Assembly (NCBI GenBank): GCA_964035545.1
Contig: OZ037769.1
Location: forward strand, 2,852,001-2,916,000
Origin: Bugula neritina
Taxonomy: Eukaryota; Animalia; Bryozoa
Direction of reading: 5' to 3'
DNA length: 64,000 nucleotides
Under the pieces are notes generated by a model. That model was not told the DNA's origin. It worked only from the letters and a program-made list of their open reading frames with translations, and searched no databases. The translations under genes were made by a program, and so were the position numbers. This document shows, piece after piece, positions 49,901 through 62,028 of the stretch; positions within the stretch are counted from its first letter, which is position 1, and each line of letters begins with the position of its first letter.

Positions 49901-52107
49901 ATCACCCAGGGAGGCCCGCGCGTCTGTCGCCCCGCTGGGCGCCGCGCGGAGATGCTGTGAAGTGGCGACCCCCGCGGCAAGTAGGCTCAAGCCACTCGCC
50001 GCCTGGGTCCTCTACGCCACTCCGGCACCAACACGGAGCCGGCAGACGGTTGACCACAGAGCCTGCGAGGGAAGCGGTACAAGCGCCGCAAGGCGTACCG
50101 CCCCAACCTCGGCAGCTGGTCAATAGTCACCGCCAACCGTGGACCCCTCGACCCACAGCGAGGGAGGTGCAACCACGGCACACTCAATTGCAGCCGCACG
50201 GAAGTAGCTACTTCCTGCCAGGGAAGTTAGCCGGCAAGCCTGCCAACTTCCTCCTGGACTCCGGCTGCACCACCAACCTCCTTAGCCGTCAGTTCTTTGA
50301 CACCCTCAGCGCTAAGGTCAAGGACAGGTTGGCACCGTACGAGGGGGATCACGGCACCTTGGCAGACGGGTCGTGCATTCCCTTCTACGGCATTATTGAG
50401 CTAACTGGTTACGTCCGTAACCAGGCCATCCAAGAGACGTTTATCGTCGGGCAGCTCAACGAGGATGCTATCCTCGGGATGCCATTCTTACAACGACACG
50501 GTTGTCGCATCGATTTCAGTAAATCTGCGATAATCATGGGCGACAAGGAGCTCGCTTGTGTCGATAAGTTTGGTCGTCCTCTAGCGGGAGCAGTGCAGGT
50601 AGTACGGAGCTGTACTATACCAGGCCACTCCCGGGCTACCGTCCGCTGCAAGGTAGACGGTGGCCAAACCTCTAAGTTGGGAGTTGTCGAAAGTACGCAC
50701 TCGAGAGTCCAACTTGCCCGTAGTTTTAGCCGGCTCACGGGGCAAGGAGAGATCTCAGTGCAGTGTGTCAACCCCTTCTCAGAGACAGTAGACCTACCAC
50801 CCAGATCCATGCTGGGTCGCTTCCATCCTGTCCAGGAGGAAGCCATTGGGCCGTCGTCGGGAGCTACGACGGAAGGTCCTCAGCAGAGCCCGTCTCGAGG
50901 GCGGAGGACCGTCCCAACCCACGCCTCCCCTCCTCCAGGGACGCGTGGCTGCACAGGCAACGGGAAACGCCAGGCTATGGCTAGGTTGCCACATGGGTAC
51001 AGTGAGGCGTTCAGCCACACAGACCACGGAGCCCGCCTAAATAGAGCAGGCTGCCGTGAGGTACCGCGGGCGGCGAGGACCGCCCCTGCTCAGCCACTTC
51101 AACAGAGGGCTGACACGCCCCCGGAGGCTGCCCAGAGCCTCCGCGCCAAACCTGTATGGGCTGGTAACGTTAGGGAGCTGCCGAAGCTCCAGGAATGCCT
51201 TCCTGGGGTGGTAGCCGACGTGTACCGAGCGAAACAGGAGGGGCGACGACCCAGTAGTACACAACGGCGACAGGGATGCGCCGAGTTACGGCTGTACTGT
51301 CAACGTTGGAGCTCTCTGCGGGTCGGGCCAGATGGTCTGCTAACCATGACCTTGGCCACCAACAGTAGACAGCCAGTCAGGAAGAGGGTTGTCTGCCCAG
51401 TTGCCATCCGCCGGAAGTTGATACAAGACACTCACGAGGAGACTCACGGAGGAGTCCAAGGGGTGGTCACCAAGCTACAACTCCGGTGGTACTGGCCTAA
51501 CATGGAACGGGATATCCGACGCAGAGTGAGACGGTGCAAAGTCTGCCAGACCAACAAGCATAGCCGTCTCCCTGGTGAAGTGGGGCGGCAGACGCATTGT
51601 GTGAGAAGGTCTCGGCAGGCGGAGACTGTCAACCTGGCCGGAAACACCTCCATGACACGTCAGGAAGACTTGGCGAGGCGAGAAAGGCCACTTCCGTCCT
51701 TGAAAGTGCGCCCACCGCCCCCAACGTCAAGCCTGCCATCATCACCACTTCCGGAACCAGAAACAGGTCCGGAAGTGCAAAAACCCCCCGTGGGAGGGGC
51801 TCCGCAAGGAGATGCCAACATAGGACCAGCACCACACACTAGGCAACTTCCAGCGTGTCTCAGAGACTGTGTACGTGACCGCGGTATAAGCGGCAGTAAC
51901 AAAAGTCTAGAGAGGCCTCGCGTAGGAAAACAGGCAAAGAGCCGTGGGAGTTGTGATCACCACGAGAATCTCAACTTTTGCCTCGGCGGAATCTCACACG
52001 AGATTCATCCGCTGGAAGTGAAAAGCCCTAGTCACGTTTCACAACCACGCTGTCCGGTCTTTTCCTATGTTGATGCAGTCGAGAGTAGACGTGCCAGTAA
52101 ACAGTAA
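49747..52107 (+). CDS. pol: Internally deleted Pol: aspartic protease plus integrase H2C2 finger, no RT/RNaseH or DDE core
   Basis: Lies in the -1 frame relative to gag. Protease FLLDSGCTTN...DAILGMPFL and finger HEETHGG...YWPNM...CKVC are present. No YxDD, RNaseH or D,D35E motifs are recognisable. Confidence 0.85.
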   Translation: MRAAGTITRHGAPLLLGMRKARTFPEKLPSTPTRVKLPRPADVPTSCGPSVNHPGRPARLSPRWAPRGDAVKWRPPRQVGSSHSPPGSSTPLRHQHGAGRRLTTEPAREAVQAPQGVPPQPRQLVNSHRQPWTPRPTAREVQPRHTQLQPHGSSYFLPGKLAGKPANFLLDSGCTTNLLSRQFFDTLSAKVKDRLAPYEGDHGTLADGSCIPFYGIIELTGYVRNQAIQETFIVGQLNEDAILGMPFLQRHGCRIDFSKSAIIMGDKELACVDKFGRPLAGAVQVVRSCTIPGHSRATVRCKVDGGQTSKLGVVESTHSRVQLARSFSRLTGQGEISVQCVNPFSETVDLPPRSMLGRFHPVQEEAIGPSSGATTEGPQQSPSRGRRTVPTHASPPPGTRGCTGNGKRQAMARLPHGYSEAFSHTDHGARLNRAGCREVPRAARTAPAQPLQQRADTPPEAAQSLRAKPVWAGNVRELPKLQECLPGVVADVYRAKQEGRRPSSTQRRQGCAELRLYCQRWSSLRVGPDGLLTMTLATNSRQPVRKRVVCPVAIRRKLIQDTHEETHGGVQGVVTKLQLRWYWPNMERDIRRRVRRCKVCQTNKHSRLPGEVGRQTHCVRRSRQAETVNLAGNTSMTRQEDLARRERPLPSLKVRPPPPTSSLPSSPLPEPETGPEVQKPPVGGAPQGDANIGPAPHTRQLPACLRDCVRDRGISGSNKSLERPRVGKQAKSRGSCDHHENLNFCLGGISHEIHPLEVKSPSHVSQPRCPVFSYVDAVESRRASKQ

Positions 52108-52130
52108 TCAGATACCACTTTCATTCCAAA

Positions 52131-53178
52131 ATGTCTTACTATTCTGGATCGAAGGGTGAGTTAATTATGTTTTTGGTACGATAACTAGACTGCATCAGTC
52201 AGCTACACTAGCTAGCTGGAGATTCGATAATGATAAACAGTGGTGGGAATACACGTCGACTTTGATTTTAAGTAATCTATCATAGCGAGTGTGTTCTCCA
52301 TCAACTATTCATTAGCCTGAATCTCACGAGTGTAACTGAACAGAGTACCGGTCAGGCTGTACACGCCGACGGTGTCTCAGTGTATAATCTTTAACACTGC
52401 TACTCTTTCAGATCACACTCGAGTGACCACCTCCCGGTCACGAAACCAGCCAACCTCTCTGTCTATGGAAGAAGAGCCTGTAATGGAGAATGGCATACCA
52501 GTAGTACTCCGCCGACGACACCGTTGGGTGTCACCCACGACAGAGAGGAGAATTGAAGAAGCCTGGGGACCCAGTGGACCACACCGAACCTGCCAGGTCT
52601 GCTTTGAGGAGTGCCCGTCGCACCGCTCCTTGCGTTTACATGTGGATGCCCATTTCCTACTCCACTTCTGTCCCTGCGGCTTCCACGACGTCTACCCGTA
52701 TCCCGTGACAGTACATAAGCTAAGCTGCTTCGCCGGAGAGAACCACACTGTTGATGAAGACAGTTTCCCCCTATACCTGGATGCCATCAAACCAGTCATC
52801 AGGAAGGCTATTACCCTGGCCGCACTAACGTCAGGGTTTCACATACTGATACTATCTGCCCGCCATAAGTCCCCTATGGTTCAGGGCCCACCTCCCACCC
52901 CCGTCAACCCTAGCGACACCCCAGAAGTAGAAGAAACAACCATATCCCGTATCACGGAGACCCCCGTAACCCCACCAAGACCTAGCCAGCTGGCTAACGT
53001 AGAAGAGCGGCTTCTAAGACTGCAAGCCGAATTCACACAACTTGCCCCTGACTTGCTGGATACGACGACAGGTCTATACCAGTTGAAAGACTCAGTGGGA
53101 CGACTGAAGAGGCGGCTACGGGCCCGACAGGCTCGACACCGAGCACGGTCGCTACAAGAAGCAGAGTCCAACCAATGA
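52131..53178 (+). CDS. Accessory ORF3 of the LTR element: C2H2-like zinc finger plus C-terminal coiled coil, probably spliced (~263 aa)
   Basis: AAAATG TCT TAC TAT TCT GGA TCG AAG G|GTGAGT (52131-52155) joins in phase 1 to CTCTTTCAG|AT CAC (52412-53178). Contains CQVCFEECPSHRSLRLHVDAH and a heptad-rich LANVEERLLRLQAEFTQL...LKRRL. Confidence 0.7.
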
Positions 53179-55839
53179 GAATGCCTGGGGTAGGCACCTT
53201 CGTTGAGCTATAGCTCGTTTAGGATATGACGAGCGCTCCGACATTGGCCCGCGTGCTGGTAAGCACCCTCTCTCTTAATAGCTGACTAGATGTGTGTGAT
53301 CGATCACCCTGTTGTCTTCTAATGTAAACGTTGTCGTGTTTAACTATTTCTTTTCTTACTCTTTGTGGGTTTACTTATGAATATTTCCTTTTTGGATTAT
53401 TGTATGGTTTTTCATTATGTTTTTTATTATTGTGTTATCAGAAAGTAGGGCTTTCTGCTGGGGGGGACGGTGTAGTGAGTAGTGCAAGTACAAATACAGG
53501 AATCGCCCTCTCCCTATTCTTGGAATACTTAGACTCTTATGTAGCAACCAATTAGCAGCTCCGGAAGATATGCTTCCGAGTCACGTGACACTTCCCGGGT
53601 TAATAAGATTATATCACGTTGTTGTAAGCGGAGGCTTGTAGTAGTAACATGTGTTAGTAGTTGACTCTTGTATAGGATAATTTGATGTGATGTTTGTTTT
53701 ATGCTTTATTGTGGATAATAAATATAATTACTCGACAGCTACCCTAGTAATTGATAACAGAATAACCAGCTAACTATACGCAAGTAAATAACTCACGCTC
53801 AGTAATTGCACAAATTACTACAATATGTTATATTGATATTGCATGGCTTCTGCATTATATCCATATTATATTACCTGTATTCATATATATATTGCATTAT
53901 TGTAATATTTTGTATATCTAAAAACATTGAAATATATATATTTGTTGAACAAGTTTAGCTATTTAATTTATTGCATTGTGGCTAAGTACATGTCTATGTT
54001 TTCACAATGTTTGTGATGTAAGGTCAGAGCTTCTGTAAAGTTATTTATAAGACTAAAAATAAAAAGCGGTGTCATTACAAATTATATACTAAAATATGTC
54101 TACTTGAGTTAATACTCCATTTTGATATAATATTATAAATCAAGATTAAATATGACAATAGACAACAGTGTAATTATAAACTTGATTAATTTTTTATTAC
54201 GGAGTTGTCTGTCTTAAGCTACAGTTGTCAAATTACGGTGCAAGATCTTTGACTAATAAACTATAAACCTTTGCTAACTAGTTAACCAATAGTATACGCA
54301 TACTCAAGGTTTGAACCAATTATCTGTTGGGCTCCAGTTTAAGATATGGAAGGTCATGGTCAACAGAGCCAAAACAATAACAAATTGTAAACTTGATGAT
54401 GTTAATTATTTTCATTAATATAATATCCAACATGTAAGTTGTAAAATACCAATGCTTCAATTTACAGCTGATTATAATTTTATGTCATTATTTTACTAAA
54501 AAGTTTATGAATTTTAAAGTTAAAATTTTACCTTGTCATAGTGCAAAATAAACACATAGACACCACAGGCACAAGCAAAAATCAAAATGAGCAAACTGCA
54601 AACAAATGATAATGATTTAATCTTTATAATTATTGATATTGATAATCATTATCAATATCATTATGATTATCATTATCTTTTAACTGTGACTGTATAATTA
54701 TGATCATGATTATTTTAATCACAATGATGAATGATAATCATATTCAATATTTATGACATAATCATAACGGTTATGAGTTTTGCTAATATTCATATTGTAT
54801 ACAAATGTTGAGGAATTAATTTTAAATTTAATTTGATCACCATCATGTCACTCATTCCGATTCTAATTCTTAGTCTAAGTTTTAGTCAGTTAGTGAGTGA
54901 AATTAAACTTAAAACGTATCCCAAAGGCAAATGCTGTTGTAATATTGACTATTAATTATAATTACAAGTTTACTGTTTAGAGTTTACTTAGTTTTAGTAT
55001 AAGTGTTTCTTTTAGACTTGGAGTTAGTTGCAATTGCAATTACAACTTTCAAAATAAGTTACTGGTAATAGTAATACTAATAGTATTACTATTGGTATTA
55101 GTAATACCAATACCAAAGTATCAGTATCAGTGTGACTATATGACAGTATGAGTGTATACTTTCTACTATCATTGTATCAGTATAAGTTGGATATATAAAT
55201 ATATTAAATAGTTAAAAAAATTGAAAGTTGTTATTACCACTTCAGTTCTACTTATCAATTATCAATATATCTGATAAGAATATTCATAGCACGTCTAAGC
55301 TTACCAGAGTAAAGATGTATAGTTGCTCAAGCCAATGCAAGTTTTTTCACTCAGCGTTACATTAAGCTGTTGTACACAGTTTGCGTAGTTCCCCACTAAA
55401 TACACTCTCACTTAATCTAATCAAGGAAATACAACTTACATCACTAGTCTACAAATATGTTTATATTTGTTGCTGTAGAATTATGGCTTAAATGATTTGA
55501 TCACATTCTTTGGTTTAGGTGAATTATTTGTTCAATTATAAAAGTAATTAATTAACTATATTTTTTATAACAACAATCGGTGTTTAACAAAAATAGCTCA
55601 ATAACTGTAGTACTTAAAACTTGCAGTATTGTATAATTCTTAAACTTTACCAAGTGTTTTATAATTTTAACTTAGTCTAGATGAAAAAAAGAAAGTTTTG
55701 CAAGTATTGGAGGGGTTTACTTTAGTTGGTGTTACCGCAGTTTAAATTTTATTTTCCAATCTTTAATTTTCAGCTCAAGAAAACACTGTAAGTTCAAAGC
55801 TGTCGTTGACCGTGTAATAAATTTGTAGTACTCGGCAAT

Positions 55840-58800
55840 ATGATGTCAAAGAGTTGGCCTGTTGTCTTACTGGTGGCTATGATACATATTTCTGCGACAA
55901 ATGCTACTACCAAACCTAACGTTATCATCGTTGTGGCAGATGATCTGGTAAGCACACAGTTCACTTTAATGGCGTCTAAACATTTGAAACGCAATGAAAA
56001 TTATATTAGTTTAAAATAAGTAGGATACAAATTGGTTTATTGTTAAATATTAGATGGAAAGGTCCTGTTTAGTTCGAAGATTTTGCTAATTTATTTAACA
56101 TGACAACTAAAAATATAATTTTGAAAAATTGTTAATATCCATTCCTGATTAGCATGGTGATGATGAGTAATTTGAAATGGTGTCTTAGGGTTACACGGAT
56201 GTTGGGTTTCATGGCGGGGATCAGATTCCAACTCCTAACATAGACTGGCTGGCTAAGAATGGTATTATATTAGATAGATACTACACAGCCAAGATATGTA
56301 CTCCATCTAGGGCTTCTCTACTCACTGGACGTCATCCTATGCAACTAGGTCTGCAGTCGTCTGTAATATTTCCTTCATTGCCATACGGTTTGGGGCTAAA
56401 TGAGACGCTCCTTCCTCAGTACCTCAAGAAATCTGGCTATTCTACTCACATGGTGGGAAAGGTAAGTGCCACCATAGAGCTACAGAGCTATGCCTTGTGA
56501 ATAATCTGAATTTACTGTAGTGGTAATAAGTTAGAGGCCTGCAGTGTTTAAATAAAACAGGCTTGACGATGTGGGTTGGTCCAATTTATTGAAATCAACT
56601 TTGAAAATTCAAAATATTTGTTATAAAATTTAAATAACAGATTGCTAATGTATATTATACTTTTTGACCTAGGAAAAGTAAAAAGTCATAGAAATAGTCA
56701 ATCTGGTAATGTTAAATCCTAATGCTTTTGGTATAATATTAACATAGAATATTTGCATTTACAGTTTGGTTACAATATTGCACATTATTATATTATATGA
56801 TATAATGAAATATTTAGGAAATGTATAATATATAATATAATTATATCTTCTATTTTCAAGTGGCATTTGGGTATGTTCACTCGGAACTACACGCCCACGT
56901 ATCGAGGATTTGATTCACATTTTGGATTCTGGAGTGATAAGACTGATTATTTCTCTCATGAAAACTCTGGCTCCTTGGTACGTACTCTCTACTTACTCTG
57001 CGGTACGTACTCTCTACTAACACTGTGGTACGTACTATCTACTTACTTACTTTGTGGTAAGTGTGATAAGCACATGTATTGACTTTGCAGTAGTTGCACC
57101 TTTACACGTTATGCACGTAATGGGTGTAGCCAAGTTATCATTGTAGTATATGATGGGTAGCGTTGTAGAATAGGTTCTACACTCTGTTATGTTTTGAATA
57201 GGCCTCTATTGCCAACCAGCCTTACATCTTTATTAGTGTAGTTGGTTCTTAGCCATTCTCTGCTTGCTATTTTCAGACAGCATCTTCCGACGCCATTGGG
57301 TTAGATCTGTGGGAGAATATGACCGTAGCAAGTCAGTACAACGGATCTTACGGCACAGAGCTCTTTGGTAAACGGGCTGTTGACCTCATTCTGAAGCACG
57401 ACCAATCAAAAGTTAGTTTACTAATGAATGGAGTAAGATATTTTAGTTTATGCTTCCCCCTTTCTTGATTTATACTAAAGTTGTGATTCCTTCAGCCATT
57501 CTTCCTGTATCTGGCGCACCAAGCTGTACACAACGGGATTAGTCCACAACCACTCAAAGCTCCTCAGGAATATTTGGATAAATTTAGTTTTATAACTCAT
57601 GATGGTAGAAGGAGATATGCAGGTTAGCTATGCTATGATATGTTATACAAACTATTATTAGTTATATGTCACGTAACAGTTAGTTTAATGTCAGATCTTC
57701 AGTATTTTATCAGCTCAAGGACAAACAGCATCAGGTTTTGTTAGTGTTCAGATAATTTATATTTTTTACTTAGTTTTACTAGTAATATTATTTTTGAAAA
57801 CAATTTTCTTGACAAAAAAAGTAAAGTAAATTTTCTCAATTGTTGCAAAACTTTGTTCTTACACAATCTGCTTTGAATCAGTTTCAAAGTTCCACTATTC
57901 CTCGTGACTTGATGTGTTGTTATCTGCTGCTTCAGCCATGCTGTCAGTTCTGGACGACACTATTGGTAACTTGACGTCTGCTCTGATATCCTCCGGGATG
58001 TATGAGAACACCTTACTAATATTTACAACTGACAATGGTGGGCCAGTAGATGGGTTCAGTATGAACTACGCCTCTAATTGGCCACTCAGGTAGAGTGCTA
58101 TTCTCAGTGTTAGCTCTTGAAGATTACAATATCAGCCTAAAGAGACTGCAATATTAGTCTAAAGAGACATTAATATCAGTCTAAATAGACTTTAATATCA
58201 CTTTAACGAGACTGTTATACCAGTCTAAAGAGACTGTAATATTAGTCTAAAAATACTGTAATCTCAGTTTAAAGAGACTGTGATGTGTTTATGATTTCTT
58301 TTGCTAATATTGAGTTACAAAATGCAAAGCTGGTGGTAGTCAATACAAAGTAATATTTTTGTTATGGACAACACACCTGCATGAGAAAAGTTGAATATCA
58401 CAACTTCCTATTCTATAACTTCACTGGTTAAGATATGATTACTTGTAGAGGCTGCAAAGCTACAAACTGGGAAGGGGGTGTCAGAGGTGCAGCCTTTATT
58501 CACAGCAGACTTCTAAAGAACCCACGCACTACTTCTCATCACTTAATGCACATTTCTGATTGGTTGCCTACGATAATGTCTGCCATAGGTGAGCTTCCTG
58601 CTATTGTTTTATCGAAACTACTTTTTTGTGTTGATTGTCTTTGGGATTAAGAAGGTATGATTATATTCTCTATGTGTTGTAGACTAGTATTAGGTTGGGT
58701 ATACGATAGTGCATATAGTGGATGTAATTTTGGTCTTGGTTATGCTATAAAGTCTTGTTGTTGCTTTAATCGAGTATGTAGGACCTTGTTATTAGTATAA

Positions 58801-59866
58801 TTGATATTGTTAGAGCAATAAATATTATTGATGGTGCAATAGTTAGTGTTAATGGTGCAATAGCTAGTATTGATGCTGCAATAATTGGCGTTGATGGCGC
58901 AAGAATAGGTATTGCGATAATTTATAGCAATACTTTTGTAGCTGACTTAGAGTCTTAGTTGATAGACTCGAGCATCCAGTAAGGATATTCTCAGAGTGTT
59001 ATCATAGCTAAGTGGCAGGAATGCCTAGCCTGCTGTCGCAGTTTGTTAAGTTCTTTATCCCAGACAAGTAATGCATATTAATGATTGCATATAAAGTAGG
59101 TGATGCAATGCTTTACCTGTACTACAGGTGAGAAGTTACCCACTGATATAGACTACTATGGTGTAGACCAATGGCCAACCATACAGTATGACATTGCGTC
59201 ACCACGTAAAGAAATCATACACAATTACTATGGTGGTTTAGGAGCCATTCAATATGGCGACTATAAACTAATAGTAAGTCGGCAAAGTAGTTAGTGGCTT
59301 GCCTACACCAATATAATATATGCAGTATATGATGTGAGATTCCTACTTCAGTTGTTTGACACTAGATGCGAACAGCTAAAGTATAAATAAAATTTTGAAA
59401 TGTTAATCAGTGAGGAGACAACCCTGCAAATACTCAATACTGAAAAAAAAATAGTTATGCAATGTTTAAATGAAACTTGATTTTTTTCAAAAATAGAAAC
59501 AGCAAATTTATTTTTATTCTATTTTTTATCTAGAAATGTTGCATGACGTCTATGAATGGGTGGTACCCCGAGCAGAAGTATGTTCCAACCAATCAGAATC
59601 CATACATCTCGTGTGGAGAGCGTAACTCCTCATTACCAGCATGCACCAAGGACAAACCCTGTCTGTTTGATATTCAGTCTGACCCTTGTGAATACAACAA
59701 CATTGCCTCTCTCAAGCCTCAGCTCTCTAAATGGCTGCTGGAGAAGTTGGAGACGTTTGCAGATGCTGCCCAACCACCTAGAAACAAGCCCAGTGACCCC
59801 GCTGCCTTCCCCTCGCTACACCACAACCACTGGACTGACTGGCTGGATCCAGAGCCGGTTGAGTGA
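55840..59866 (+). CDS. Arylsulfatase (ARSB/ARSI/ARSJ-like, formylglycine-dependent), copy A
   Basis: Signal peptide followed by KPNVIIVVADDLGY, CTPSRASLLTGR, VGKWHLG, RGFDSHFG, PFFLYLAHQAVH, FTTDNGG, NWPLRGCKATNWEGGVR and LFDIQSDPCE. Nine exons splice in frame, with the stop at 59864-59866. Confidence 0.94.
58125..58282. repeat. ~21-bp degenerate intronic minisatellite
   Basis: AATAT(C/T)AGTCTAAAGAGACTG-like units, ~7 copies. Confidence 0.75.
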
Positions 59867-62028
59867 CAGTTCAGCAGTTACTGTATCATATTTTGTTTCA
59901 AATGAAAATTTTTTTAATCATAAGGATTTGCATAAATATTTCTTCTCTTTGCACATGTGTCAAAAGTTGTATTTGTACAGTTTTTTAATTGCTTGAATTA
60001 TTCTTTCTGTTTGAAATTCATTTGAAAAGATCGCTTTCATTCCATTAGTTTTGTTATTACTTTGGAACATGATCTTATAGCAACAAAAAGATCTTAATTT
60101 ACACTAATAATTTATTTTTTACTTGTATCTACAAATGTTGTAGTCTTATATTTTGATGCAATATTTCTTATTTATATTTCCGTTTATTATATTTTTTGTC
60201 TACCATTCAGTAATATATTTTATTGACTGATTGCTGTACTTGTATCTGGTATCAATTCATCCGTCATATTTTATGAAATGCTAATTCTATACTATTGCAA
60301 GAGCTTTAGTTGTATCAGACTATCAAGAAAAACACACTTTGGATATATTTCTAAGTGCACTGTATTTTATCCTAATTTCCTTGTTCAACTAACAAGTTTT
60401 ATTGACTTTAAGGTAAATTTAAATGCTAGCGTTTCTTTCTGTACAACATTATAATCAGAGTGCATTTGGTTTAGATAGTTTAACACACTAGACTGCAGTC
60501 TATGTAGAGATTGTAGTATGCAGAATTACTATTGGGGAGCACGCAAAGCCTGTTCGATGCAATTTGTTGGTTATTACTCAGATACTCCTCATTTCGATAT
60601 TTTGTAAGGTAAAATTGAGTAGATATTTTCAAACTCATTAGAGTCAAGTGTTAAGAAATAGAATATATCAGACTACCATTTCATCACAATAATAACATTT
60701 CGATGAATATATTTCAAGTGTAAAATTGTTGGGCAGCTTAGAATATACGACTTGCGAGAGTGGTAACTCTACTGCTACACTTGTGATATTAATACTAATA
60801 GTCTCCAGGCTATGAAGAGTCTGGTTTATTTTCATGCACCTCTACATAGGAGGAGGCCACTAGAACCTGTAACAAGTTGTAGGTGACTGAATACAGACAG
60901 TATTTATAATAATATGTGCACTGTTGTGCAAAGCCGAGACCCCAACGTACTAAACTCATGATGTCACCCTCAACTTGGTGCTGCTTCAAGCGATCTTTTA
61001 CGCTGCGTAAAGTTAAAACCTAAAACGCGAGAAAAAAGGGTATTCCTAATATAATATTTATATATAGTTGATTTTCAACTGCTAAGGTCAAGATCGTTTG
61101 TGTTTTCATTCAATGTTTTCATTGTGTTTTTAGTTCTACAATTATTGTTTGATTAAACAACATGAATGTGTGATTAAAATTGCTAAAATAATTATCATCA
61201 TTGATGTTAGTATTTGTATATACAATATACTTTGTAAATTTTTATACTATTTTATGACCATTAAATTTAACTAGTTTCATCACTATGACTACGTCTAGTA
61301 CTACTACTACTAGTACTTGTACTTGTAGTACTAGTACCACCACAAGTAGAGTGAAGTACACTGTACAGTGTACAGTACTGAGTACAGGTACTACTACTAG
61401 TAGTAGTTCTACTGCCATTTTAATGTCTATTAATCTGAGTATGAGTATAAGATTGACTTTAATTACAATAGCAATTATAATGATAATCAATAATCATGAA
61501 TGATAACAATAATGAGTATGTTAATTATGTTTATAATTATAGTATTAATTTTTTACAATTATGTTGCAGGCACTCTTTGTAAATGCTAGTAATAGTATTA
61601 CTACTCTATTACTATTACTAACTGTTAGTCAAATTTTACAAGACTTTACTATGAAGTTGAATTTTACTTTGTAAATTTAAGTTGAAACATAACTTCATGT
61701 AGCAAATCAAAGTTTTATAGTAATTTAGGAGTAAATTTAGAATATCTTTTGCATTTTTTAAAATTGTTTTTACAATTTTTAGCTGTTGACAGTTTGCTGT
61801 TTGGATCTGTGCTCATAGTAAAGATAATCATAATGTAACCAATAATTTTCATGTTCATAGTCATATAATCACCATGGTCATAATTTGATTGTTGCTGTTA
61901 ATATTGCATTTTCTTACACATATAAACTGAAATTTATAATTTCTTTTTATCAGATAATTTGGGAAACAACCATATTTGACAGCCTCCAGCATCATTCTTA
62001 GTTTCAGTGTAAATTTGCTTCTGCCAGT

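Larger units (their letters stand above)
48563..53822 (+). mobile_element. Ty3/Gypsy-like LTR retrotransposon, non-autonomous, very recent
   Basis: 352-bp LTRs at 48563-48914 and 53471-53822 (TG...CA, identical by eye). ATAT TSD. PBS TGGTGGCAGCAGTGGGAT at 48916-48933 (tRNA-Leu-like). G-rich PPT at ~53460-53470. GC content is much higher than the host DNA. Confidence 0.96.

Noticed and set aside
52372-53178. Retroviral env
   Set aside because: There is no signal peptide or fusion/TM anchor; it has a zinc-finger motif instead.
61242-61503. Thr/Ser-rich and Val-rich ORFs
   Set aside because: Low-complexity (ACT/AGT)n intergenic sequence with no splice or homology support.
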